NCBI GenBank assembly: GCA_903873905.1
Contig: CAIQQJ010000057.1
Location: forward strand, 8,058-72,057
Source of the DNA: an uncultured Flavobacteriales bacterium
GTDB lineage: Bacteria; Bacteroidota; Bacteroidia; Palsa-965
Reading direction: 5' to 3'
DNA length: 64,000 nt
The notes below the pieces were generated by a model. It did not search any database and had not been told where the DNA came from. It saw nothing but the letters and a program-made list of their open reading frames with translations. Within the stretch, counting starts at the first letter, position 1. Every line of letters begins with the position of its first letter. This document shows positions 30,370 through 40,094 of this stretch, in pieces. A program made the translations under genes and the position numbers.

Positions 30370-31449
30370 TTACTTTGTTATTGTAATCGGCAAACACTTC
30401 ATACTTCCATTTGAAGCAGTAATCTGAAGCATATATAAACCTTCACTAATTCCTTCAACAGAAATAGCATTTAGATTTTTTCCTTTTGCAATATGCAATG
30501 TTTCATTATATACAATTCGTCCTGTCATATCAATAACCTTCATCAAATAGTCTTCGTTTTCTGGAGCATTAATCGCAACAGAGAACTCGCCTTGACTTGG
30601 ATTTGGGAAAACATTAACAGAAGATTGGTTTTCGATTGAAGAAACTCCAACATCTCCAACAACTGAATTCCACTTAACTTGATAAATTACATTGCTATCA
30701 GCATAATACTCGATGTCAACAATTGGACCAGCTGTATTTGAAACATAAGAATAGGATTGTGTATTTGTGTTGGCTGTAAAAAGACTAATCCAATAGTGGT
30801 AAGGTCCAACAACAATTTTTGCCCAAGTGCTGTCAATTGAATGTTTTACGATGTTCTGACGCAGGCAATAAAAACCACCATGTGGCGTGTGTACCGTGCC
30901 CCAGCCATCAATGGTTGAAGAGGTAATAATTGTTTCTTTTTCTCTTACTGAATCAACAAAATAACCTTGATACAATGCGCCATAAACAAATTTTGCATCA
31001 TAGGCTGCGGTATCTGTAAAAGCAGTAAAGTAGGTTGAAGGGAAAGTTATTATTGTCTGAGGATTACTATAAACCTGCGCATTATTCACAGAGTTTCCCA
31101 ATAAATCACCAGCAACTCCGTAAAAGTCCAATTTAGTGGAAGTGGTATCAAAATAAAAATAATTAGTGTCCAGATGCATACACACATTTGCATTTGTGTA
31201 ATTCGACCCTAATAGTCCAGAGGACGCAGATGTAAAAGTGCTTATGATTGTATCATGCGCATGCAACGCTGTAAAGTTCCAATCGGCATTGGCACCAGCA
31301 GATCCTGGGGTAATTGTAGTGTTTGTATCAATGTATTGCGTTAGGGGAGAGCTCACATCAATATAATCACTGGATGTCACCGTGATTTGCGCCTTAACGG
31401 AAAAGGCACTCAAACCTAGAGTTGCAAGGGAAAATAAAATTTTTTTCAT
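30370..31449 (-). CDS. T9SS cargo protein (hypothetical) with type-A C-terminal sorting domain
   Basis: Signal peptide MKKILFSLATLGLSAFSVKAQ. CTD VFPNPSQGEFSVAINAPENEDYLMKVIDMTGRIVYNETLHIAKGKNLNAISVEGISEGLYMLQI. Confidence 0.7.
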   Translation of the reverse strand: MKKILFSLATLGLSAFSVKAQITVTSSDYIDVSSPLTQYIDTNTTITPGSAGANADWNFTALHAHDTIISTFTSASSGLLGSNYTNANVCMHLDTNYFYFDTTSTKLDFYGVAGDLLGNSVNNAQVYSNPQTIITFPSTYFTAFTDTAAYDAKFVYGALYQGYFVDSVREKETIITSSTIDGWGTVHTPHGGFYCLRQNIVKHSIDSTWAKIVVGPYHYWISLFTANTNTQSYSYVSNTAGPIVDIEYYADSNVIYQVKWNSVVGDVGVSSIENQSSVNVFPNPSQGEFSVAINAPENEDYLMKVIDMTGRIVYNETLHIAKGKNLNAISVEGISEGLYMLQITASNGSMKCLPITITK

Positions 31450-31572
31450 GATTTTTATTTTTAAGTAATGTTGATTTTTTTGAAGTCTATTGAATCTGCG
31501 AGAGTAACAATAAGTACAACTGTTTTAGATGTAGCAAAAGTGCCTAATTGTTGAATTCTCGAGAATGACATA

Positions 31573-31627
31573 CAAAAGGTTTCAGAAAGACAGTTGGCTA
31601 AAAAAAAAGCGACCAATGTCTATTTTG
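31573..31627. promoter_or_regulatory. Conserved ~55-nt motif upstream (minus-strand sense) of T9SS cargo gene 30370..31449; second copy at 34975..35030
   Basis: caaaaggtttcagaaagacagttggctaaaaaaaaagcgaccaatgtctatttt at 31573-31627, versus caaaaggtttcataaaggcagttggctaaaaaaaaaacggcagatgtctgtttc at 34975-35030. Confidence 0.3.
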
Positions 31628-31722
31628 TTGTTTTGAATTATAAATTATTTTTTTTTGCAACCGCGCGAACACCTGCTCTGAACTAATATTTCCGAAGATG
31701 ATCAACAAGATTTGAGAAAGAT

Positions 31723-32604
31723 TTACTGGAAGAACTCATACTCATACCTGTACTTTGCATATATTTTTCCGTATGGATTATAATCCGCCTTACCTACAAG
31801 TAAGCCATGCTTATTGTATTCATATGTTTGAGAATTCTGAACGGACTCGCCCGCGTAAAATGTTTTTTTGGCTAACAAATTGTAGTTCCCATACACATAT
31901 AAAATTTTGCTAAGAACAGAATTGTTTGCGTTGTGTTGAACCGCTTCAATCAAGTTATTGTTCTTATCATATTTATAAGCCCAGGAATAAAGAAGATCTC
32001 CAGTTGGAGAAAAGGCTTCCTCTTTTATTTTAGTATCATTTTCATACGAATACTTTCTTTTTTCACATAAGCCAGACGGCCAATACCAATCAAGTCCAAT
32101 CATTCTCCCCTCCTTATCATAAGAGGCAATATTGCGGTATTTATAAGTATTCACTGATAGAAAGTGAATTAATTCTATGCGGTTATTGTCACCATCATAA
32201 CTCCTTGTTTCTTTGTAGGCGCTACTATCTGCAATACTTCCTTTTGTAACGATTCGGTTACCGTTCAAGTCATATTCGCATGTAGTGGAACTTTCTGTAC
32301 TTCCATCAGGTGCGTATTTCGTTTCTCTTGACAGACACCCTTTGTTGTCAAAAAAGACAACACTACTGATATATTCTTTCTGATCCATTCCGGAATAAAC
32401 GCTGGTGGTGAACTCTGTCATTTTTTTCACCTTGTTTGACAACATTTTGTCCCGCTCATTTTCATCATCTGTTTTTTGATGATTCGAACAGGATGGGAAA
32501 ACGAAGAGGATTAGTAAGACATTTATAATGAATAATGTGGGGAATGAAAAAATTCTTTTTGCATGATCGGCAGGAGGGTTTTCAAATGCGGAAAGATTGT
32601 TCAT
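31723..32604 (-). CDS. YD-repeat-like hypothetical lipoprotein (the ORF opens at 32652; the likely start is the Met at 32604)
   Basis: Hydrophobic leader ending in FPSCS. Repeated YD-like units (YDLNGNRIV, YDGDNNRIE, YDKEGRMIG, YDKNNNLIE, YNKHGLLVG). Confidence 0.5.
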   Translation of the reverse strand: MNNLSAFENPPADHAKRIFSFPTLFIINVLLILFVFPSCSNHQKTDDENERDKMLSNKVKKMTEFTTSVYSGMDQKEYISSVVFFDNKGCLSRETKYAPDGSTESSTTCEYDLNGNRIVTKGSIADSSAYKETRSYDGDNNRIELIHFLSVNTYKYRNIASYDKEGRMIGLDWYWPSGLCEKRKYSYENDTKIKEEAFSPTGDLLYSWAYKYDKNNNLIEAVQHNANNSVLSKILYVYGNYNLLAKKTFYAGESVQNSQTYEYNKHGLLVGKADYNPYGKIYAKYRYEYEFFQ

Positions 32605-32629
32605 TTTATATTTCAATTTGTTTGAAAAA

Positions 32630-33334
32630 TTATTTTTGTTTTTCCGTGCCAAATCCAGTTGGAACCTTGAGGTCTTTTATGGTTGACATAAAAGTTCGCT
32701 TATCCACCCATTGAAATTCGCCATGCACGTTGAACACGTTTGTGTCGACAGGAGTGAATTCAACTTTTTCTGCTTGTAGCTGCATAGACATCCCATATTT
32801 GGTATGTGGATATTCCATAATCAGATAATGAAAATCTTTATAGGGACTTGCACCATAATTCATTCTCACTTTATCATAAAAATAGATATCAAATGTTTTA
32901 TTGTGGGTAATGTCATTTACAATTGCTTTTCGGCACTCTACACCTGCAATTGTTTTTTTTACATCAGTGGTTTCTATTTTATACAAAGGATCGTTTTCTT
33001 GGTCTTTTACATCTTCTGGAGTATCATGGAAAGCCATATTCTGTCCCATATCGTTAATCAGAAGTGAGGAATATTTTTTCAACTTATTGTCCAAAAGATT
33101 TACCACAACCAAAAGTCCCATGCCTCCGCTGGTTACAAAACAAACTTTGTCATCCTTAAACGCCAATTGCGTTTCTGTAGGAAGAAATGGAATGTTGTTA
33201 TAGGGGTTGTCGGCAGGGTAAGAAATTTTATAAACTACTTTGCCTTCAAAAATAGTAGGTACTGTTTCTTTTGTTGGACTGCAAGCGGAAATCACAGTGA
33301 CAAGAAGAATGAAAATAAATAATCTTGATTTCAT
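32630..33334 (-). CDS. Hypothetical lipoprotein
   Basis: MKSRLFIFILLVTVISACSP is a signal peptide with lipobox. No catalytic motif recognised. Confidence 0.5.
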   Translation of the reverse strand: MKSRLFIFILLVTVISACSPTKETVPTIFEGKVVYKISYPADNPYNNIPFLPTETQLAFKDDKVCFVTSGGMGLLVVVNLLDNKLKKYSSLLINDMGQNMAFHDTPEDVKDQENDPLYKIETTDVKKTIAGVECRKAIVNDITHNKTFDIYFYDKVRMNYGASPYKDFHYLIMEYPHTKYGMSMQLQAEKVEFTPVDTNVFNVHGEFQWVDKRTFMSTIKDLKVPTGFGTEKQK

Positions 33335-33440
33335 GTTGTAAAGTTACAGAATAGTTTCTGCTATGAAAAAATGGATTTGGCCTTTTTGCTTTTGAATAAT
33401 AAGATCATCCACTATTATTTCATAATCTACTTGGCTCATT

Positions 33441-33482
33441 AAAAAAACAATACTCACCGAATGGGTGAGTATTGTTTTTTTA
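33441..33482 (-). terminator. Perfect palindromic hairpin flanked by A/T runs, downstream of 33515..34780 (could function bidirectionally)
   Basis: aaaaaaacaatactcacc-gaat-gggtgagtattgtttttt. Confidence 0.5.
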
Positions 33483-33514
33483 ATTCTTAGCATTTGAAAG
33501 CTAGAAAATAAGTG

Positions 33515-34780
33515 TTAGAAGTTTTGATTTGCTGCGCCCTTCAATTGAACGTGAGGAGTAACGTGGACAGTGTTTCCGATACTTGTTGTTTTCACGTAGT
33601 AGTCTGAACGGTTGAAATCAAATTGACCTTCGAAAACAGCATACTTATTATAGGAAGTGTGTGCAAGATTCCATGCAGTATTTACTCCTTGGAATTCAAA
33701 GTACATGTCAATCTGTTTGCTGATTTTTCTGCTGTATGGTCCTTGATAACCTGGTCCAACTCCGTTCCATGCATTGGCAGAGTCAATCGCACAAACAGTT
33801 ACACGAGGAGCTTCAATTTCATCGGCAGCACTTTTATAAAATGCTTTTAATGTTCCGTGTGCAACATATCCATTGCCGTATTTTTCTACGTGGCCTGTAT
33901 TGTCCCAACAATTAACATAATACCATGCTGTGTCAGTAATAGGAACGGCTCTGCAAGTTGCGCGTGTGCGTCCAGATGTGTCAACCTGTAATGTTTTTGG
34001 AACACAACCGCCGTATAGGGTATCTCTTTGTGCTTCAAATGTATTAATGTGTGAAAGTAAAACGTATCCTCTGATGGTATCATTAATTGGGTGAGCTTCA
34101 TCAAAATAGAAATTCAGAAGTCCCCATCCGTAATTTGGAAAGTTATTTCCAAATGTTGAAAATCCACCTGCTAATGTTGTTCCATTTATTCCTCCATTAC
34201 CTGCACCTGAATATTCTGCTGACCATTCAATTTTGCTGTGAATCTCAAAAGGAACATATGCTTTTGTTCCCATGCTACCAATTGTATCTGCTTTGATGAT
34301 TGTCAGAATTCTTGTTCCTGTTGGAGCTTGTGTTGCAAGCACAACGTTCTTAGTGACATTTGAATTAGCCAAAGCAACTACATAACCCAAGTCGGTTGGG
34401 TCTGTATGAAAATCAATACCATCAATTATTCTGAAATTTTGGTTTGCAGTATTGTACTTCGCGTATACATAATAGGTATTAGGAAGCAAATAAGGCAATT
34501 GGTAATTACCAAGACTATCGGCAATTGCTGTTGCAACTGGATTACCACTTACAGAAGTTCCAAGATAAAGTGAGATCAATGCACCTTTTGCTGTCACAAA
34601 GTTATTTGTGAAATCAGGGTAGGTACAATGTCCTGATATTGTTTTTCCGGAAATAGTGTCGTGAACTGTTACCACCACAATTTGTGTGTCCTTTTTGCAT
34701 TGTGGAAATAATAACACCAACATAAATGCTAAAATAGCAGTTGGCACTAAGAAGCGGATGGTTTTCGCGGTTGTTTTCAT
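33515..34780 (-). CDS. Hypothetical secreted/lipoprotein (421 aa)
   Basis: Signal peptide MKTTAKTIRFLVPTAILAFMLVLLFPQC. Contains a beta-sandwich-like N-terminal region (carboxypeptidase-regulatory-like). No CTD recognised. Confidence 0.45.
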   Translation of the reverse strand: MKTTAKTIRFLVPTAILAFMLVLLFPQCKKDTQIVVVTVHDTISGKTISGHCTYPDFTNNFVTAKGALISLYLGTSVSGNPVATAIADSLGNYQLPYLLPNTYYVYAKYNTANQNFRIIDGIDFHTDPTDLGYVVALANSNVTKNVVLATQAPTGTRILTIIKADTIGSMGTKAYVPFEIHSKIEWSAEYSGAGNGGINGTTLAGGFSTFGNNFPNYGWGLLNFYFDEAHPINDTIRGYVLLSHINTFEAQRDTLYGGCVPKTLQVDTSGRTRATCRAVPITDTAWYYVNCWDNTGHVEKYGNGYVAHGTLKAFYKSAADEIEAPRVTVCAIDSANAWNGVGPGYQGPYSRKISKQIDMYFEFQGVNTAWNLAHTSYNKYAVFEGQFDFNRSDYYVKTTSIGNTVHVTPHVQLKGAANQNF

Positions 34781-34974
34781 GGTTTTAAATTTAATTTTTA
34801 ATTTTTTGTGTTACAGGAGCTAGTTGTTTGGTGGTTGTCAATAATGTTTATAGATTTTCTTAATGAAGACTAATGGACAGTATTAACTTTTATGCTTTTT
34901 AGGTTCAATTGATTTGAGAAACAAATTTTCTACTGCACAAAATTGTAGATATCCCCTTATTTGGAGAATGATAT

Positions 34975-35030
34975 TCAAAAGGTTTCATAAAGGCAGTTGG
35001 CTAAAAAAAAAACGGCAGATGTCTGTTTCA
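34975..35030. promoter_or_regulatory. Second copy of the conserved ~55-nt motif, upstream (minus-strand sense) of 33515..34780
   Basis: See 31573..31627. Confidence 0.3.
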
Positions 35031-35063
35031 AGAAAAGCGAAACGAGAAGTGTTGCGTGATTTC

Positions 35064-35783
35064 CTATGAATTGATGGCGATAAACGGTGCAACAACGTGC
35101 TGCAACTTTTCCAAGTTCAATAAATTAATATTTTGTCCGGATGCAGTAATGAGTTTCTCCTCCTCAAATTCTGATAATTGTTTTACCAAGCGGTCAACAG
35201 AAATCCCAGCAATTGAGGCCAGGTCTTTTCGGGAGATCTTTATATTAAGTGTGCTGTTGTTTTTTTCAAGTCCAAATTCATTGATCATCATTAAAAGGCA
35301 ATCGGCTGTTTTCTCACGTACATTCATTTCAGCCATATTTCGAAGTCGCCTTTCGGTTTCATTCAGCTGAATGATGTAAGTCCAAAGAATCTTCAAATGC
35401 AATTGGTGATTTTCTTGAAGCAACTGGATAAAAACACTACTGGGGATAAAATGTAGGAGTGAATCCTCTAATGCAGTTGCACAAAGAACATAGTTTGAAT
35501 TTTGAATCGCTCCTCTAAATCCAATAATACCACCTTCCTTTGAAATGGAAACGATAGGATTGTTTGAATGTATGCCATCTTTCCAAAGTTTCACTTTCCC
35601 TTTTTCAATCAAATAAACGAAATGAGCGGGTTGAAAATCAAAAAAGATGGCTTCATCCTTTTTAAAGAAATGGTGTTTTGAGTTTTGTTGAAGAATTTGC
35701 TTCTGTTTTGTTGTACAGAACTCCTCCAATAAGGGTATTTTATTTATGACATCTGTGCTAATAATACCTGGCGGGGTTTTCAT
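35064..35783 (-). CDS. Crp/Fnr-family transcriptional regulator (cNMP-binding + HTH)
   Basis: cNMP-binding beta-roll region (...DEAIFFDFQPAHFVYLIEKGKVKLWKD...GGIIGFRGA). C-terminal HTH SRKDLASIAGISVDRLVKQLSEFEEEKLI. Confidence 0.8.
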   Translation of the reverse strand: MKTPPGIISTDVINKIPLLEEFCTTKQKQILQQNSKHHFFKKDEAIFFDFQPAHFVYLIEKGKVKLWKDGIHSNNPIVSISKEGGIIGFRGAIQNSNYVLCATALEDSLLHFIPSSVFIQLLQENHQLHLKILWTYIIQLNETERRLRNMAEMNVREKTADCLLMMINEFGLEKNNSTLNIKISRKDLASIAGISVDRLVKQLSEFEEEKLITASGQNINLLNLEKLQHVVAPFIAINS

Positions 35784-35989
35784 ATTAGAAAGAAATATTT
35801 ATTGAGGTTAATTTGTCCTTAAAAATAACCTAAAAAAAGTAGAGTAATAATAATTTATATAGGGGATTTGAGTAATTAATTTAAAATCCCCCATAACACT
35901 GACAATTATCAATTCCGAGCATTTTGTTGTTTATATTTCAGTGGAACTTTCCTGAAAATTTAAATCGGAAAGACAAAGTTTAAGCACTT

Positions 35990-36125
35990 CATGCGTGTGG
36001 GGAATAATTATTCTTTTGAATAATCGAACGGGTTGTTGTTGTTGAGCAAAAGATTTTTGCTGTGAATGAAATCAAGCGTAGGTAAAATAGTAGTCGGATG
36101 TCAATTGATGTTTTTCATTCGTAAA
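35990..36125 (-). pseudogene. Remnant of the 5' end of a TPR-TM sensor gene (homologous to the N-terminus of 37396..39159), left between the two Crp paralogs
   Basis: 36010-36035 aattattcttttgaataatcgaac matches 39013-39037 (the coding sequence INSRLFKRIIDS of 37396..39159). Both segments end ...g(t)tttcattcgtaa at 36108-36125 and 39128-39145. No long ORF remains. Confidence 0.4.
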
Positions 36126-36258
36126 ACTATTGTAAATAAAATGTCCTGATTTTGCACAAGAGTTTCCTATTGTTACCCACAACAGGGCTTACTTCATCAC
36201 CTACTTCAATACGGATGAAGTACCAACCGAAAAAGACGAATTCCTGGCGAAAGATTTC

Positions 36259-36978
36259 CTAAGAATTATTATCAATATAGGGAGCAATAACTTCCTGTAA
36301 CTTTTCCTTGTTCAGTAAATTAATATTTTGTCCGGATGCATTAATGATTTTCTCCTCTTCAAATTCTGACAATTGTTTTACCAGGCGGTCAACAGAAATT
36401 CCTGCAATGGCAGCCAAATCTTTCCGGGAGATTTTTATATTAAGCGTGCTTTTGTTTTTTTCTAATCCAAATTCATTAATCATCATTAAAAGACAATCGG
36501 CTGTTTTCTCTCTTACATTCATTTCCGACATATTTCGGAGGCGTCTTTCTGTTTTTTCCAATTGCGTGATGTAATACCAAAGAATCTTGAAATGTAATTC
36601 ATGGTTTTCCTTAAGAACCTGAATGAAAATATTTTTTGGAATAAAATAGAGGAGCGAATCTTCCAATGCGGTAGCCGAAAGTAGATAGTTTGATTCTTGA
36701 ATGGCGCCCCTAAATCCGAAAATGTGGCCTTCTTTTGCAAGAGAAACTATGGTGTGGTGCGAATGAATGCCGTCTTTCCAAAGTTTTACTTTTCCTTTTC
36801 CAATCAAATAAACGAAATGCGCAGGTTGGAAATCAAAAAAGATGACTTCATCCTTTTTAAAAAGATGATGTTTTGAACTTTGTTGAAGCAATTTTTTCTG
36901 TTTTGTTGTGCAGAATTCTTCTAACAAAGGAATTTCATTTATGAAATCCTCGCTAATCGTTAATAGGGGAGTTTTCAT
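36259..36978 (-). CDS. Crp/Fnr-family transcriptional regulator, tandem paralog (~85% aa identity to 35064..35783)
   Basis: Same length (239 aa). Near-identical HTH SRKDLAAIAGISVDRLVKQLSEFEEEKII. Confidence 0.8.
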   Translation of the reverse strand: MKTPLLTISEDFINEIPLLEEFCTTKQKKLLQQSSKHHLFKKDEVIFFDFQPAHFVYLIGKGKVKLWKDGIHSHHTIVSLAKEGHIFGFRGAIQESNYLLSATALEDSLLYFIPKNIFIQVLKENHELHFKILWYYITQLEKTERRLRNMSEMNVREKTADCLLMMINEFGLEKNKSTLNIKISRKDLAAIAGISVDRLVKQLSEFEEEKIINASGQNINLLNKEKLQEVIAPYIDNNS

Positions 36979-37395
36979 ATTAATGGGAATTATTTATAAA
37001 AATAAGATTGTTCTAAAAATCAGTTAGTCAAAAGTAGATTTATTTTAGTTTATAAAAGGAAATTGAAACAAGAAGAAATTCGAATTCACGTAAAACTGAC
37101 GAGTGTTTGTTTTTTAATATGTTCTTTATCATCAATTCTGTAAGTATTCTATTTTCTTTCATTGTTCTATCCGCAAAAAATTGGATACCTGATTCGCCTT
37201 GGAATTATTATGTTTATTTTATCTACTGACTGTCCTCCCCAAGTGTTAACCCAAAATCGTGGTCACATTTATGAATGTTGGGTTATTTCACAAAAGCCTT
37301 TGACCTGGAATGGCTCCAAGAAAAGTATTCTTTTCTAAGAAATCAATTTAAGTAGAGGCGGCGTATAAACTTGGACTTGTCGCAAATTGGAATTA

Positions 37396-39159
37396 CTATT
37401 TCTTCAAACGATTAATATTTTTCCCAATATAAATATCAGTAGGTAAAAGTGACTGCTGAATTCTTTTCGCATAATGAATGGAGTCTAGAATTTCCTTTTG
37501 TTTTATTTCCACCAACTCTTTCTGATTTTCAACTTCCAATTTTTCTTTTGAAATGAGTTTGTTTGCTTTTCTTTTTGACTGATAAGCAAATCCAAGAATA
37601 AGTAGGATAACGCATATTGCACCTATCCCTCCAACAAGACTATTTCTTATAACTTTATTTTTTTCAGAAGTTTGTTTTTCTCTTTCATTTGACAATTGCT
37701 GTTTCAATCCAAATTCACTTTTCAACTTCATTTCATCATATTCGGACTGAAGGGAAAGCATTTCTGATTTGTTGTTTGCCTTATCAACAGAATCTTTAAG
37801 AGCAGTGCGCCGATCAAGATAAAAATAAGCCAGTTTCCAGTTTCCCATTCCTTCATATCCGTTATTTAAAAGGAAATAAATACGTTCCGTATAGATTATA
37901 TAGTGATCCACTTTCTCGATTTCCAGGGCACGAAGCGCATAAGAAACCACGAGGTCATATTTTTTTTCTTCCAAAGCGATTGTTGCCAGTGACATGTAGG
38001 AATACAATTCACCTTCTCTATTTCCACCTGCCAAACGGAGTTTAAGTGCGATCTCCTGATAATATTTTGCGGAATCTATCATTCCGGCACTCAATAAATA
38101 TTCGCCAAAATTTCCAAATTGCAAAGCAGAAACTTTTTTCCTTTCGAGAAAATCATAATGCATCGCTTTTCTCATGTTTGCAATGGCAGAGTCAAATTTC
38201 CCCTGTATTGAAAATAGATTGGCGCGTGTTGAATAGGAATGAGTGATTCTATAATTTGAATGGATGGCCATTGAGAGTTTCAAATTCATTGCATTCATTT
38301 CTTCCGCCTGCTTGTAATTTTCAATCTCAGCATAAAGCATTGCCAAATTACCAAGTGCCGAAAGCCATCCTGTTGTATCGTGTATTTGCTCTGAAATCTG
38401 AATTGCTTCCAGCAAAGGAGGTTGAGCGATGCGCATTCTCCTGTTGTCATTATTGTATAAACCTTTGAATTGAAGAACACGCTCATAAAGAAAAAGGGAG
38501 CCAGAACGTTTCGAATAAGTCTCGGCAGAATCAATATATGAGAATATTTTTTGTTTTGTTTCCAGTGAGGGATTATCACCATATAAATAATATACACGAC
38601 TCCAACGAAACCAAATCACAGCTTCTGCAATTACTGATTTGCTTTTTCTAGCGGCAGTTATTGCCCGGGTGAATAATTCTTCAATCGTCTTGGCGTCCAA
38701 ATCCTTTTTTATTGAAGTCAACACAATTGTTTTCAATAGGAGGCACCTCGACAATAGGGAGAATTGTTTTTCCTTTTCAGCTGATGCAATTCCGGCATCG
38801 ATGGCAGTCATTGCCCCTGGAAAATCCTTTGCCAGGAAGCATTTCAACATTTTCTGCTGCAACGAAATTATTCCGAAAGAATTAGGATACAATAATTTTG
38901 CAGTCTTCTCCTGCTGGGCAATCAAGGACTGGGCATACGCTGAATCGCCATTGGCGGCATCTTGAAAATTATGCTCTATCAGCCAAAGTTTCCTTTCTAC
39001 ATTACTACAGGAGTCAATTATTCTTTTGAATAATCGACTGTTTATTGTTTGCTGAGCGAAAGCTGTTTGTTCAAGGGCAAAAACCGAGAGCAGACAAAGT
39101 AGCAATCGTATTGAAACGGAAGTTTTCATTCGTAATGCTAGTGAAAGTGAAATATCCAA
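37396..39159 (-). CDS. TPR-like periplasmic domain + TM sensor protein whose PP2C phosphatase domain is cut off after its first ~20 residues (degenerate paralog / possible pseudogene)
   Basis: Signal peptide. TM segment LVGGIGAICVILLILGFAY. Coiled coil. Ends ...ILDSIHYAKRIQQSLLPTDIYIGKNINRLKK-stop, i.e. only the first conserved PP2C motif is present; no DCTGHG, DGYADQFGG or DD motifs. No ORF of 60 aa or more in the 417 nt downstream (37395 to 36979). Confidence 0.65.
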   Translation of the reverse strand: MDISLSLALRMKTSVSIRLLLCLLSVFALEQTAFAQQTINSRLFKRIIDSCSNVERKLWLIEHNFQDAANGDSAYAQSLIAQQEKTAKLLYPNSFGIISLQQKMLKCFLAKDFPGAMTAIDAGIASAEKEKQFSLLSRCLLLKTIVLTSIKKDLDAKTIEELFTRAITAARKSKSVIAEAVIWFRWSRVYYLYGDNPSLETKQKIFSYIDSAETYSKRSGSLFLYERVLQFKGLYNNDNRRMRIAQPPLLEAIQISEQIHDTTGWLSALGNLAMLYAEIENYKQAEEMNAMNLKLSMAIHSNYRITHSYSTRANLFSIQGKFDSAIANMRKAMHYDFLERKKVSALQFGNFGEYLLSAGMIDSAKYYQEIALKLRLAGGNREGELYSYMSLATIALEEKKYDLVVSYALRALEIEKVDHYIIYTERIYFLLNNGYEGMGNWKLAYFYLDRRTALKDSVDKANNKSEMLSLQSEYDEMKLKSEFGLKQQLSNEREKQTSEKNKVIRNSLVGGIGAICVILLILGFAYQSKRKANKLISKEKLEVENQKELVEIKQKEILDSIHYAKRIQQSLLPTDIYIGKNINRLKK

Positions 39160-39199
39160 TTTTGAACAAAATGTTTTTTATTCTTACCCAAAACTATTA

Positions 39200-39976
39200 T
39201 TATTCAATCACCAATTTCTTCGCAGGTGAATTTCCGATCCGAACAAAATAAATTCCTGATGGCCCCTGGGAAAGATCAATTATTTGATCAGTTGAAATTT
39301 CTTTTTGAAGAATTAATTCTCCCAACATGTTTTCCACTCGAAGCATTTCAGGATTTTGCAATGGAGAAAAAAATTGAATGGAAATGTTTCCATTGGAAGG
39401 ATTTGGGAAAATGTTCCAACCTACATTGGAATTGAATTCGTTCATTCCAGTGACCATTATTGTTTGACATGCTGTATCAAAACATCCATTTGCATCCACC
39501 ACAAACAAACATACCGTTTCATTTCCTGATGAAGAATAAGTGTGCGAAGGAAATTGTTGTTGAGAAGTTCCTGCATCACCGAAATTCCAAAGCCATGATG
39601 CTATGCCCCCAGTGCTGAGATCCAAAAATGAAACGTTATTGTTTCCATTAAGTGTAAATGTAAACGCTGCAACAGGATTTGGAAAAACCGTTACAACACC
39701 ACTTGAGGTTGTGGTTCCACTTGCAAGTGTTTCGATTAGCGTTACGGTATAAGTTGCAGGAATGGTATAACAATGCATTGGACTCTGCAAGTTGGAAGGT
39801 GCGGACGCATCACCAAAATCCCAAAGCCAAGTAAGAACGTTAGGCGTCTGATCTTGGAAGCCTGCACACACTGGACTACATCCGCTGGATGGGGAAATGG
39901 TAAATGTCGGTTGTGAAAATCCTTGAATGGAAAATCCTGCCAAAAAAACCAAGAGGCACGTAATTTGCTTTTTCAT
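39200..39976 (-). CDS. T9SS cargo protein with PKD domain(s) and type-A C-terminal sorting domain
   Basis: PKD motif WLWNFGDAGTSQQQFPSHTYSSSGNETVCLFVVDANGC. CTD FPNPSNGNISIQFFSPLQNPEMLRVENMLGELILQKEI...GIYFVRIGNS. Confidence 0.7.
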   Translation of the reverse strand: MKKQITCLLVFLAGFSIQGFSQPTFTISPSSGCSPVCAGFQDQTPNVLTWLWDFGDASAPSNLQSPMHCYTIPATYTVTLIETLASGTTTSSGVVTVFPNPVAAFTFTLNGNNNVSFLDLSTGGIASWLWNFGDAGTSQQQFPSHTYSSSGNETVCLFVVDANGCFDTACQTIMVTGMNEFNSNVGWNIFPNPSNGNISIQFFSPLQNPEMLRVENMLGELILQKEISTDQIIDLSQGPSGIYFVRIGNSPAKKLVIE

Positions 39977-40094
39977 AATTGAAAATAGTTATAAAAATTA
40001 AATTCTTATTGGTTCATGCAAAAGTGAGTATTCTTTCCTGTAAATAAAATGCGATGGTTTAATGTTCTTACGTGTTCAAACGGAGGTTGACACA

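Noticed and set aside
31723-32652. RHS/YD-repeat toxin
   Set aside because: The YD-like units are few and the protein is small (about 300 aa). It has a lipoprotein leader and no RHS core, PAAR or C-terminal toxin domain. More likely a structural YD-repeat lipoprotein.
36979-37395. Decayed remnant of the PP2C catalytic domain downstream of the truncated sensor gene
   Set aside because: Manual three-frame reading of the reverse complement showed only stop-rich AT-rich sequence with no DCTGHG / DGYADQFGG-like peptides. Kept only as a check to be run (tblastn), not as a feature.
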